From positions 1 through 64,000 of IMG/VR virus record IMGVR_UViG_3300045988_171898: a stretch of 64,000 bases of DNA; one strand, given 5' to 3'. The notes beneath the pieces are model-generated. The model was not told the origin of the DNA, made no database searches, and worked only from the letters and a program-made list of their open reading frames with translations. Source of the stretch: a virus. The position numbers were made by a program, and so were the translations under genes. How positions within the stretch are numbered: position 1 is the first letter of the stretch; every line of letters begins with the position of its first letter. Shown one piece after another: positions 1 through 9,087 of the stretch.

Positions 1-52
1 TTTCTATTTCCTCAAGTTCGTTGTGATATAGTTGTGTTTTAAAGTTTTGCAT
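1..52 (-). CDS. hypothetical protein, N-terminal fragment running off the left edge (MQNFKTQLYHNELEEIE...)
   Basis: ATG at 50..52 on the minus strand, preceded by an AGGGAGG ribosome-binding site (plus 63..69). The frame stays open to position 1. Confidence 0.45.
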   Translation of the reverse strand, partial: MQNFKTQLYHNELEEIE

Positions 53-94
53 TGTTTTGTTGCCTCCCTTGATTTTTTTTTATTTTATTTTTTT

Positions 95-358
95 TTAGTA
101 TATTCTGTGATACAATGGATTAAATGCTTTAGACACATTATATCCTTTGTATTTTATTTTGTATTTTTCTGATACTTTTTCAAGTGCTTTATCATAAATA
201 AAATTTTCATAATATTCATAATCTAATGTATCTAAATTAAGTTTTCCATTACTGTCAAGTTCACAACTTTCATATAATCCAATATCTGAATTACACTTTA
301 GATTTTCCACTTCCTTATTTACAATATCATAAAATTTTTCTTCATTTACATATCTCAT
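95..358 (-). CDS. hypothetical small protein (moron)
   Basis: 87-aa ORF with a GGAGG ribosome-binding site upstream of the start. Tightly packed with neighbouring minus-strand genes. Confidence 0.5.
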   Translation of the reverse strand: MRYVNEEKFYDIVNKEVENLKCNSDIGLYESCELDSNGKLNLDTLDYEYYENFIYDKALEKVSEKYKIKYKGYNVSKAFNPLYHRIY

Positions 359-388
359 TTTTTTACTTCCTCCTATTTTTTCAAAGAC

Positions 389-649
389 TTAAAACAAGTC
401 TTTACATTGATTATTTTTTGTAAAGTATGTGATATTATTTACAGTAAATTTATTATTGTTTTTATCACATTTTACAAAAAATTCTGGGTAATAAATTATA
501 TTTTTATTATAATCTATATTTTTATAACCTTGAGTGTAAACTGTACTTAAAGCCTTTGCAATATGCTTTAAATTATCATATTGCTTAATTTGTGTATTAT
601 TATACTTATATATATGTTTATATATTCTTTTTAACTGTATTTTAGTCAT
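389..649 (-). CDS. hypothetical small protein
   Basis: 86-aa ORF with a GAGGAGG ribosome-binding site. A hairpin (AAGACTT/AAGTCTT) sits at its 3' end. Confidence 0.5.
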   Translation of the reverse strand: MTKIQLKRIYKHIYKYNNTQIKQYDNLKHIAKALSTVYTQGYKNIDYNKNIIYYPEFFVKCDKNNNKFTVNNITYFTKNNQCKDLF

Positions 650-857
650 TGTTTTTCGCCTCCTCTTCCAGCAAGTTTTGCAATTCCTGTTCCACTTGCT
701 GAAATTCTTTTTTCAAGTCTTTGAGTTGCTTCATCTTTATTTTAGCATACTCAAAACTTGTTTTTGTATTATTTTGCTTTAGAGTATGCAAGTTACACTC
801 TACATTTAAAATTTGTTGTTTCAGTTGTCTTAATTCGGATAACTTTGATTTTATCAT
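642..857 (-). CDS. hypothetical coiled-coil protein
   Basis: 71-aa ORF with Gln/Leu/Lys-rich heptad-like sequence and an AGGA ribosome-binding site. Its stop overlaps the start of the downstream gene. Confidence 0.45.
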   Translation of the reverse strand: MIKSKLSELRQLKQQILNVECNLHTLKQNNTKTSFEYAKIKMKQLKDLKKEFQQVEQELQNLLEEEAKNND

Positions 858-885
858 TTTATCATTTCCTTATTTTTTTTAATTT

Positions 886-1239
886 TTATAAATCACATTT
901 AAAATAATTATTGAAGTCTTTAACCGTTTTTCCATAAATTTTTGTTTTTTCTGGCAATAAGTAAATTAATGTATATCCTGCTTCAGTAAAATACACATAT
1001 TGCCCACGATAAAACTCCCTTTTTACACATTTATTTGAGATTTTTTCAATCTCTATATCACTTTCTAATTTTTCTTCAAGTAAATCTAAAAAATTACAAT
1101 ATTCATCAATATTTAATTTTTCTTTTAGATAATTATCATTTTCAATGAAAAAATTATCATCAGATAAATCAATAAATTCTATTTTATCATTTTTTAAATC
1201 TTTTATTGTTTTATTTACCAGTTTTTCTATTTTTTTCAT
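886..1239 (-). CDS. hypothetical protein
   Basis: The track ORF is 886..1254. The likely true start is MKKIEK at 1239, because GGAGG lies 9 nt upstream. Confidence 0.5.
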   Translation of the reverse strand: MKKIEKLVNKTIKDLKNDKIEFIDLSDDNFFIENDNYLKEKLNIDEYCNFLDLLEEKLESDIEIEKISNKCVKREFYRGQYVYFTEAGYTLIYLLPEKTKIYGKTVKDFNNYFKCDL

Positions 1240-1331
1240 CTTTATAGCCTCCAAAAAATTTATTATATAAGTCTTTTATTTTAAAGTTAAAAGACTTTAA
1301 AAAACTTTTTATAATTCATAATTTATAAAAT

Positions 1332-1637
1332 CTAAAATAACACACTTGTAATATTTTTTATTTCATTTTTTGTAACATTTACAACTTTTAAATCTTTAAT
1401 GTAAAAACTTAAAGTTGTATTTTTTATTTCTGTACTGTTCATAGCACAATAATTACTATTATTTACAAATTGTACTAAAAACATATTATTATCATTATAA
1501 CTATATAAGTATTTTTCAATAAATATATAATTATATATTTTTAAAAATTTTTCTAAATATTTTACAACTTCCTCAGTTGTTAAAAAGTTTTCTTTTTCTA
1601 ACTTTTTTAACAATAATCTTATTTCATAACTTCCCAT
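1332..1637 (-). CDS. hypothetical protein
   Basis: The track start uses GTG. An ATG at 1637 has a GGAG ribosome-binding site 9 nt upstream. Confidence 0.5.
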   Translation of the reverse strand: MGSYEIRLLLKKLEKENFLTTEEVVKYLEKFLKIYNYIFIEKYLYSYNDNNMFLVQFVNNSNYCAMNSTEIKNTTLSFYIKDLKVVNVTKNEIKNITSVLF

Positions 1638-1715
1638 TTTTATCACTCCATTTTTTTTTATATTTTAACATTTATTTTTAAAGTCTTAAATATTTTAAAA
1701 AGACTTTTATCTAAC

Positions 1716-2012
1716 TTATTTTTTTCTTAGATAACTTTGAGTGTTTTCATCCCACTCAAATAATTTATATAATATTTTTTCAAATTCTTTTTTATTCATT
1801 CTAATTAAAATATTTCGATATTTACCAGTTGTCCTAGAATAATCCCAATCCGCTCCAACTTCAATTAAATTACCATTCTCCCATTTGAGTATTATACTAC
1901 TATAAGATTGAAATATTTTATATTCTTTGTTATTTTCTATGTAACTAATCAAAAATTGATTAGGTACACTTTTTCCATTATTCGCAATATTTTCCACTTT
2001 TAAATTTTTCAT
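1716..2012 (-). CDS. hypothetical protein
   Basis: 98-aa ORF with a GGAGGG ribosome-binding site. Confidence 0.5.
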   Translation of the reverse strand: MKNLKVENIANNGKSVPNQFLISYIENNKEYKIFQSYSSIILKWENGNLIEVGADWDYSRTTGKYRNILIRMNKKEFEKILYKLFEWDENTQSYLRKK

Positions 2013-2024
2013 TTTTTCCCTCCA

Positions 2025-2288
2025 TTATTTATTTAATATATTTTCTATATCTTTTAATTTATTAGATAACTCTATTATGTCATCTATTGTATAATAATTA
2101 TTAAAATTAATATCAATAAATGATAAATCTATGTTATCATTATCAATAGTAACAAATAATGTTACTATTAACTTTATTTTAAATATTACAGTATAATGAT
2201 TATCAATATACTCTAAATTTTTTATTTCCACTTTTTCATTGAAAAAATAGTTTTTTAAAAGTTTTTCAATTTTTTCAATTTTTCCCAT
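2025..2288 (-). CDS. hypothetical protein
   Basis: 87-aa ORF with an AGGAAG ribosome-binding site. A sigma70-like promoter lies upstream on the minus strand. Confidence 0.5.
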   Translation of the reverse strand: MGKIEKIEKLLKNYFFNEKVEIKNLEYIDNHYTVIFKIKLIVTLFVTIDNDNIDLSFIDINFNNYYTIDDIIELSNKLKDIENILNK

Positions 2289-2535
2289 TTTTTTTCACTT
2301 CCTTTACTTTTATATATTTCAATTTTCACTTTAAAAATTGATAAAACTTGTTTTTTAATACATTCAATTTTTCCAACCAGCATTTTTTATTTAAGTGTTT
2401 TTGCAATACTAACACCACACTATTAATATACCATATTTTAAGATAAAAGTCAAATAATTTTTTCTTTTTCTTAAAATAAATTTTTTTATCAATTTTTATA
2501 GTCTATTGATAAAAGACTTTTTATAACCACAACTT

Positions 2536-2564
2536 ATTGTATCATATTTTAAATAAGTTGTCAA
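2536..2564 (-). promoter_or_regulatory. sigma70-like promoter reading leftward (TTGACA-17-TACAAT)
   Basis: The reverse complement of 2559..2564 is TTGACA. The spacer is 17 nt. The reverse complement of 2536..2541 is TACAAT. Confidence 0.5.
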
Positions 2565-2680
2565 ATTTTTTTTACTATTTATTTTTAGTTGTTAGTAAAA
2601 AACAATTGAAGTTTTAATTTTTTTTCTTTAGTGTTGTACTCCCTCAACCTCAATAGTAGTATACCATATATTTAATTAAA
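2561..2680. repeat. ~110-bp imperfect direct repeat, copy 1 (partner at 8071..8190)
   Basis: Sequence ttttttttactatttatttttagttgttagtaaaaaacaattgaagtttt...ccctcaacctcaatagtagtataccatata is about 80% identical to 8071..8190. Confidence 0.6.
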
Positions 2681-2773
2681 ATTCAATACCATAAACAATT
2701 AAATTTTTATTAAATTTTTAAATACTTTAGAATAATAAAAAACTTGCTATTTTCTAGCAAGTCTTTATAATTT

Positions 2774-3097
2774 TTATTTAACTAATATTTTTCTATGTAA
2801 TTTATTTAATTCTATTAATATTCTATTATTAATTGATGTTACATATTTATTATTTATCAAAAAACTTGTAAATGTACACGCTTTAAATTTGTAACTTGTT
2901 GCAAGTTTTTCATATATCTCTAATATATCGTTAGAATTAAATTTTATTTTTTCTAGTTCGATATATTCAATATTGTAAATTTTTATTCTACAATAATTTA
3001 AATTTTTTCTTAATTTATTATACTCACGAACTGTAAACAATTTAATTTTGTCGCCATACCCTTCACTTTTTGCCAATGTTACTACAATATTTTTCAT
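2774..3097 (-). CDS. hypothetical protein
   Basis: The track ORF is 2774..3112. The probable start is MKNIVV at 3097, with GGAGG 9 nt upstream. Confidence 0.5.
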   Translation of the reverse strand: MKNIVVTLAKSEGYGDKIKLFTVREYNKLRKNLNYCRIKIYNIEYIELEKIKFNSNDILEIYEKLATSYKFKACTFTSFLINNKYVTSINNRILIELNKLHRKILVK

Positions 3098-3345
3098 AGT
3101 CTTTACCTCCATATATTTTTATTTTACACAATCATTATATACTATATTTTTATAAATTGCAATACCTTTTAAATTAATTTTCAATTAAATTTAAAATGCT
3201 ATACTTATATTATATGTAATAAAATATATAAAATGAAAAAAATATTTAATAAATTAATTCTATATTATTTTAATACTAAAATAAATTTCATTATATTATA
3301 TTTTATTGAAAAATACCTAATTATAATTTATTTTATTTGATTATA

Positions 3346-3951
3346 TTATTTAAATTCTAAATTTTTATATTTGTTTATAATATCGAATAATTTATAATTA
3401 TCAAATATTTTTAAATCATTTATTATAAAAACAGTTTTATGATTACAACTAAAATATTTACTTCCATATAATATTATGTTTTTCTTCCCCTTACCTATTA
3501 CAAAATTAACTTTTATACCAAAACTTACCATTTCAATATAGTCATCTACATTACATTCTTTAATTTCAAATATTAAGTTTAAAAGTATTAATTTAAATTC
3601 TAAACTAAAAGGACGGTACATTATACTTATGTTATGCAAAACTATATTAGTTTCATAAATTTTTCTAACATCATCTTCTGTTAGAATATCTAATCTCATT
3701 AATCTTATTAAAACTTTTGCTACTAATTTATAAAAGATTTTATGCCCTTCTTTAATATTAATGTTAAAATAGTTTAAATCATCTAAACTGTTTATGTTAA
3801 AATTTTTAACTAACCTAATCTCATCGTTTGTTAAATTTACAATATCTCTACTTTCCTTAAAACAATTATCTAAAATCTCTCTTAAATCATTGTTATAGTC
3901 TTTTAATTTCTCTCTGTGATTTCTTCTAATATATAGTGGTACTTTACTCAT
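3346..3951 (-). CDS. hypothetical protein, first gene of a three-gene overlapping set
   Basis: The track start is TTG. The ATG at 3951 has an AAAGGG ribosome-binding site. The stop of the upstream gene overlaps this start. Confidence 0.5.
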   Translation of the reverse strand: MSKVPLYIRRNHREKLKDYNNDLREILDNCFKESRDIVNLTNDEIRLVKNFNINSLDDLNYFNINIKEGHKIFYKLVAKVLIRLMRLDILTEDDVRKIYETNIVLHNISIMYRPFSLEFKLILLNLIFEIKECNVDDYIEMVSFGIKVNFVIGKGKKNIILYGSKYFSCNHKTVFIINDLKIFDNYKLFDIINKYKNLEFK

Positions 3952-3952
3952 T

Positions 3953-4456
3953 TTAATCAACCCTTTCCAAATGTTTTTTTAATATAAATTTCTTAACTAT
4001 TTCAAATAAAATTAGTTCAAAATCTTTTTTATCTTTAGTATTGAAAAAATTTTTAATTTCTTTATCTGTACTGTCTAAATCATAAGAATTAGTTATTTCT
4101 AAATTTAAAATATTCTTATGATAAAATATTTTTTCTAATACTATCTCTTTATTATTATAGGATATTTTTCTAAGTCTATTCCTTTTATCTTTTTTGATTT
4201 CCTTTAATCTTAAAATTTTAAAATTAGTATTGAGAAATATAATTATCTCATTACAATCTAAATCATACATACATATTTTAATCCTAAAAACCCCTGAATA
4301 ATTAATATAAAATTCATAATCTATTTTCTTATATAAATTTTTATTGCTAATTATATCTTTATAGGGAAAATCATTTATACATCTAAAGATTAATTTTTTA
4401 TTCTTTATATTATTTTTTATTTCATTGATTTTATCTTTTATTTCTTTGTTTGTCAT
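3953..4456 (-). CDS. hypothetical protein
   Basis: 167-aa ORF with an AAGGAG ribosome-binding site. Apparently translationally coupled to its neighbours. Confidence 0.5.
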   Translation of the reverse strand: MTNKEIKDKINEIKNNIKNKKLIFRCINDFPYKDIISNKNLYKKIDYEFYINYSGVFRIKICMYDLDCNEIIIFLNTNFKILRLKEIKKDKRNRLRKISYNNKEIVLEKIFYHKNILNLEITNSYDLDSTDKEIKNFFNTKDKKDFELILFEIVKKFILKKHLERVD

Positions 4457-4458
4457 TA

Positions 4459-4806
4459 TTAACCAACTCCTTTTAAACGTTTTAATTCATTATAAAATTT
4501 TTCTATGTTTGGAAAAAAATTTATATATTCTATATTTTCTAAAATACTTTTTCTATATTCTTTAAATCTAATACCTAAAATTGCTGTATTTTCATTATAT
4601 AATAAAGTTTCAGATACATATTCCATATCATTTCCTTTATTATATAATTCAATGTATAATATATAATTATATCCTTGATTTAATGTATTTGTTTTTTCTT
4701 TCATAACTTTACATTTAATTACTTTAAATTTATAATTTTTAATTAAATACTTTAATTCTTTCTGTAATTCTCTGTAACTTTGTTTTCTTACAAATTCATA
4801 ATTCAT
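4459..4806 (-). CDS. hypothetical protein
   Basis: 115-aa ORF with an AAGGAG ribosome-binding site. Confidence 0.5.
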   Translation of the reverse strand: MNYEFVRKQSYRELQKELKYLIKNYKFKVIKCKVMKEKTNTLNQGYNYILYIELYNKGNDMEYVSETLLYNENTAILGIRFKEYRKSILENIEYINFFPNIEKFYNELKRLKGVG

Positions 4807-4903
4807 AAATTTTTCTCCTTAAATTATTTATTTTACATTTATCTTATTTAAAGTTATTAATTTTCTTTTATTATATTTTTTCCCTTTTTTTTTATACCCC
4901 CTT

Positions 4904-5113
4904 TTATATTCTTTTTATAATATATACTAACTTATTAATATCCTTATAAATTGCAATAGTATAATCAAGATAATTAAAACTATCTAACTTCATTTCACAT
5001 ATTAAAATTTTATAAATACACACTTCAACACTATCTTTAATATTATAAGTTGTAAAAAATTCATTATATTCAAAATTTTTAAAATCTTCTTTAGTTTTAA
5101 TGCTTTCAAACAT
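4904..5113 (-). CDS. hypothetical small protein
   Basis: 69-aa ORF with a weak ribosome-binding site. Confidence 0.3.
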   Translation of the reverse strand: MFESIKTKEDFKNFEYNEFFTTYNIKDSVEVCIYKILICEMKLDSFNYLDYTIAIYKDINKLVYIIKRI

Positions 5114-5151
5114 ATTTACGTATAATTTAATTAAATCCCCTAAACTATTTA

Positions 5152-5430
5152 TTAATATACCTCCTGTTTATAATAATTATCTGTATCTTTATTATAATGA
5201 TATAATAATACGTTAATATTCAATATTTTGCACACATTTAATACACTAATTAATGCTACTGTTAATCCTGTAACATATAATTCCAATTTTCCACTATCAT
5301 AATCTTTTAATTTATTAAATGCTGTGTTTTCTAGTTTATCTAAACCTAATGGGTCTATTTCATTTTCATAAATATAATCCTTTACTGGAAGTTCGTGTCT
5401 ACCTCTACATAATCCTAATTTAATATTCAT
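5152..5430 (-). CDS. hypothetical protein (MNIKLGLCRGRHELP...)
   Basis: 92-aa ORF. Its own TTGATA-17-TATTAT promoter lies upstream at 5476..5504 on the minus strand. Confidence 0.5.
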   Translation of the reverse strand: MNIKLGLCRGRHELPVKDYIYENEIDPLGLDKLENTAFNKLKDYDSGKLELYVTGLTVALISVLNVCKILNINVLLYHYNKDTDNYYKQEVY

Positions 5431-5475
5431 CTTTTTATTTTTTTTTTATCTCCTTAATATTTATCCTACATAAAT

Positions 5476-5504
5476 ATAATATCATATAAGTTTAGTTTTA
5501 TCAA
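5476..5504 (-). promoter_or_regulatory. sigma70-like promoter (TTGATA-17-TATTAT)
   Basis: The reverse complement of 5499..5504 is TTGATA. The spacer is 17 nt. The reverse complement of 5476..5481 is TATTAT. Confidence 0.45.
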
Positions 5505-5627
5505 CTATTTTTTTTTGAATTTTTTATCTTATTTATTAAAGATAGTGCATATCTAGGGTAATGCCTTTATTTATTATTTCTACCTTACTATGCGATTAGG
5601 TGCATACACTAGGTAATACCTTTAATA

Positions 5628-5948
5628 TTATATTATTAATCCAACCCTCTTTAATACCCCTATAATCTCTTTTGATATAGTTCTATAATTTTCAACTATT
5701 CTGAAATATTTATCTATATCAACCCTAACCAGTTTTTGTGGATAAAACTTAACCTTTTTACTTTTAACATCAATACAAAACATTAAGAAAAAATCATCAT
5801 AATCATTTCTTTTGTAATCCACATAAATATCTGTATTCGTAACACCTTTTGAAACAACTTTGTGATAAACTTCATTCTCAATTACAATTTCATCAGGTAA
5901 ATCTTTTTCTAATTGTTCCTTTATTTCCTTTACTTTTTTATTTAACAT
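5628..5948 (-). CDS. hypothetical protein
   Basis: 106-aa ORF with a GGAGG ribosome-binding site. Confidence 0.5.
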   Translation of the reverse strand: MLNKKVKEIKEQLEKDLPDEIVIENEVYHKVVSKGVTNTDIYVDYKRNDYDDFFLMFCIDVKSKKVKFYPQKLVRVDIDKYFRIVENYRTISKEIIGVLKRVGLII

Positions 5949-5950
5949 TT

Positions 5951-6172
5951 TTATTCCTCCTTAAATTTAATTATTTTTTTTATCATTAATACATATATTA
6001 AAAATATAAATAAACTAACTGCTGTTATACCACATATTATTATTGCTAATGAATTTAAATTTAAATATTCACATCTATCCTTTTGTATTTGTAATTCATT
6101 TATTTGTCTTTTAAATTCTTTATTTTCATTTTCCAATATCTCAACATAATTATTTATATAAGCATTATTCAT
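5951..6172 (-). CDS. small membrane protein (N-terminal coiled coil, C-terminal transmembrane helix)
   Basis: 73-aa ORF with a hydrophobic stretch LAIIICGITAVSLFIFLIYVLMI and a GGAG ribosome-binding site. Confidence 0.5.
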   Translation of the reverse strand: MNNAYINNYVEILENENKEFKRQINELQIQKDRCEYLNLNSLAIIICGITAVSLFIFLIYVLMIKKIIKFKEE

Positions 6173-6188
6173 TATAATTCTCCATTCT

Positions 6189-6566
6189 CTATAAATTATT
6201 AGTATTTAATTCTTTCAAACTTTGCCAACCAACATAATTATTATCAAAAACTTCATTACTCTTATCAATAGACAATACTTTAATATCTTTTAATTCTTTG
6301 TTACCGATAATAAAATCTAATCTAATATACTTCCACCACTCACTTCCATCATACTCTCCTCGTATCATTCTAAATCCTTTACCCTCAATAATTAAATCTT
6401 CTGCAATCTCACAAGCACCAAAACCATCATAATAATCTGTTTCTTTTGCCAATTTTTCAAACAATTCTTTACTAATATAACCCTCTTTTGTACCTACTTT
6501 TAATACATCTTTCCATTCTTTTCCATTTATTCTTAGTGTTTCAATAGTTTCTTCCCATAAATTCAT
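6189..6566 (-). CDS. hypothetical protein, paralogue A of a tandem pair
   Basis: The true start is probably MNLWEE, with the ribosome-binding site TGGAGGTATT. About 50% identical to the adjacent gene (shared NLWEET...IEGKGFR...YDGSEWW). Confidence 0.55.
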   Translation of the reverse strand: MNLWEETIETLRINGKEWKDVLKVGTKEGYISKELFEKLAKETDYYDGFGACEIAEDLIIEGKGFRMIRGEYDGSEWWKYIRLDFIIGNKELKDIKVLSIDKSNEVFDNNYVGWQSLKELNTNNL

Positions 6567-6631
6567 ATTCAATACCTCCAATAATATTTAACAGTTTGTA
6601 TTTTAAAGACTTTAACCACCTGTCTAATTTA

Positions 6632-6973
6632 TTATTTATTTAACTTGCCAGTATCTCTAAACATTTTTAACATATCTTTTTTACTAATTCTATCATAAAT
6701 ATTTATATTACTTGTAAACTTAATAACTTTCCACCATTCGCTACCATCATATCTTTGTCTAACCAATCTGAACCCTTTACCTTCAATAACTAAATTCAAA
6801 GGAACATACTCAATACCATAACCATTGTCATAATTATATTTTTTAGCAAATTGATGAAAAACTTCTTTAGGAATAAATCCATCTTCTGTACCAATATTAA
6901 AAACATCTACCCATCTTAAACCATTTTCTTCCAACACTCCTACTGTTTCTTCCCATAAATTAATAATACCCAT
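6632..6973 (-). CDS. hypothetical protein, paralogue B of a tandem pair
   Basis: The true start is probably MGIINLWEE, with the same TGGAGGTATT ribosome-binding site. Conserved motifs are shared with 6189..6566. Confidence 0.55.
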   Translation of the reverse strand: MGIINLWEETVGVLEENGLRWVDVFNIGTEDGFIPKEVFHQFAKKYNYDNGYGIEYVPLNLVIEGKGFRLVRQRYDGSEWWKVIKFTSNINIYDRISKKDMLKMFRDTGKLNK

Positions 6974-7039
6974 AACTAATACCTCCAATATTATACTATA
7001 TTATTGAGTTTTATTGACTTTATCTCCTGTCATAATTTA

Positions 7040-7258
7040 CTACTCAAAATCATAATCTTTAACATTATTAATAATAAAATCTTTTAATTTTTCACTAATA
7101 CTTCCATAAACTGTAACACTTGAAATAATACTTTTATTATCTTCAATATACTTAAATATATCACTCTCAACACCATCACACATAATATCAAAACCATCCT
7201 CAAAATACATAAAATTAATTTTAACACCATTACTGAATAAAAATAATTCATTTCTCAT
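7040..7258 (-). CDS. hypothetical small protein
   Basis: The ATG at 7256..7258 has an AAGGAG ribosome-binding site. The track start is TTG. Confidence 0.45.
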   Translation of the reverse strand: MRNELFLFSNGVKINFMYFEDGFDIMCDGVESDIFKYIEDNKSIISSVTVYGSISEKLKDFIINNVKDYDFE

Positions 7259-7342
7259 AATTATCAACTCCTTTTATATTTATTAATATTAATTACCAAA
7301 GGTACATTATTAAGGTAATGCCTTATAATACACATTTATTAC

Positions 7343-7621
7343 TTAAAATATATTCCATAAATTATCTTTATTTTCTTTTATAATTTTATAGATTAAATCT
7401 ATATCTGTAATTCCAAACACTTTTAACAAATTTAGAGTTTCATATATTTTACCTGTTAATTTCATTTTTTGTGGGTAATCTTCAAATTTTTCCACAATAT
7501 ATTTTACATTTTCTGCTTCTTTTAATGTTTCCATTACAATTCCTCTATATAAGTACCCATATTCATCTTTAATAATTTTTTCCATTTCTATCTCTCCTTT
7601 ATATTTTAATTTTATTTGCAA
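7343..7621 (-). CDS. hypothetical protein
   Basis: 92-aa ORF with a ribosome-binding site present. Confidence 0.45.
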   Translation of the reverse strand: MQIKLKYKGEIEMEKIIKDEYGYLYRGIVMETLKEAENVKYIVEKFEDYPQKMKLTGKIYETLNLLKVFGITDIDLIYKIIKENKDNLWNIF

Positions 7622-7699
7622 ATATATTATACTATATTTTATTTAAAAAGTCAGATACTTTTTTCAATATTTTTAAACTTTTTTATAAAAATCATCTCC

Positions 7700-7987
7700 T
7701 TAATATAATAAACATATCTTATCTGTTAAATTTTTATCTTTATCATACAGTCTAATAGTTAATTCATACTCAATATGATTTCTTTTCATTAATTTATTTA
7801 TTTGTAACTGACTTAATTGGTTATGTATTAATTTACCTTTTGAATTTATAACATCTTCAATAACATCATAATATACATTGTCATTATCTTTTGATAACTT
7901 TATTAATAAATTATATAACTTTTTACCATCTTTTTCAAATTCTTCTACAAATTTCATTTCCTTTAATGAATTTTTTAATTCTCTCAT
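7700..7987 (-). CDS. hypothetical protein
   Basis: The ATG at 7985..7987 has a GAGGAG ribosome-binding site. The track start is GTG. Confidence 0.45.
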   Translation of the reverse strand: MRELKNSLKEMKFVEEFEKDGKKLYNLLIKLSKDNDNVYYDVIEDVINSKGKLIHNQLSQLQINKLMKRNHIEYELTIRLYDKDKNLTDKICLLY

Positions 7988-8070
7988 TTCTATCACTCCT
8001 CTAATTTATTTTATAATTTATTGTATCACATTTTAGAATAAAAGTCAATAACTTTTTTCTATATTTTGTT

Positions 8071-8190
8071 ATAATTTTTTTTACTAATTATTTTTAGTTA
8101 TTAGTAAACAATAACTTTTATTTTGAATTTAATTTTTTTTTTCATCGTGTTGTTCTCCTCAACCTTACAAAACTATTATACTACATATAA
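8071..8190. repeat. ~110-bp imperfect direct repeat, copy 2
   Basis: Sequence ttttttttactaattatttttagttattagtaaacaataactttt...tcctcaaccttacaaaactattatactacatata. Confidence 0.6.
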
Positions 8191-8459
8191 GTAAAAAAGT
8201 CAACAACTTTTTTCAAAAATTTCAATTATTTTTTCAAGGTAATAAAAAAAGACTAGATATTAAAGGTATCTAGTCTAAAACTTAACTTTTCAAGGTAGGT
8301 TACTCTCCTACATCTTTACACTCCACGTATAACGTTTTACATATATAGTTTCTTCCCACAAAACTAAAATATTAAACCCTTTAAATTTAATATATAATAA
8401 GCCTTGTCATAGAATTTACTTCAAACTACTCTACTTATCAAGTTTTTATTCTATAATCA

Positions 8460-8488
8460 ATTATATCATATAAACTATTTATTGTCAA
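8460..8488 (-). promoter_or_regulatory. consensus sigma70 promoter reading leftward (TTGACA-17-TATAAT)
   Basis: The reverse complement of 8483..8488 is TTGACA. The spacer is exactly 17 nt. The reverse complement of 8460..8465 is TATAAT. Confidence 0.55.
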
Positions 8489-8500
8489 GTAATTTTCTAA

Positions 8501-9070
8501 CTATTCAAATATTTGTTTTATTCTGTCATTCATTCTATTTTCAAAATGTTCAAAATGTATCTCTACATTCCTTCTGGCTACTTGATACAATTCAACTTCC
8601 TCTTGACCATACTTTGATAAATCCTCTAAAAGTATTATCATTAACTTTAAAGTAGTATCTAATTCTTCAACTATATACTGCATATAAAGTTTTAACGTGC
8701 TTTTATCTATATATTCTTTCATCTGAAAATATGTGGACTGTTTCTTATCCTCAAACTTTACTTCTATTTCATTTCTTATAATATACCAATTCTTATATAA
8801 ATTATTTCTTTCAATATAGTTTATTATAAGTGTCTGTAAAGTCCATCTAATTTTATTAGTCCTTAATACCAAATATTCTTCAAGCCCTTTACCAATCAAC
8901 ATATTCTTATTTGATTTTTCAAAATACTTTCTTAATTCAATTAACATAAGAGTATTTTCCTTGAGATAAGGTATACCATACCTCCACATACCTATTAGAA
9001 TACTAAACATAAAAGCAATACTTAAACCGTGATTTTCAGTAAAAATAAATAAATCTTTTGAAAACTGCAT
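8501..9070 (-). CDS. hypothetical protein with an N-terminal hydrophobic segment
   Basis: 189-aa ORF downstream of the lysis genes. No recognisable motif. Confidence 0.5.
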   Translation of the reverse strand: MQFSKDLFIFTENHGLSIAFMFSILIGMWRYGIPYLKENTLMLIELRKYFEKSNKNMLIGKGLEEYLVLRTNKIRWTLQTLIINYIERNNLYKNWYIIRNEIEVKFEDKKQSTYFQMKEYIDKSTLKLYMQYIVEELDTTLKLMIILLEDLSKYGQEEVELYQVARRNVEIHFEHFENRMNDRIKQIFE

Positions 9071-9087
9071 AAGATGTAACCTCTCTT

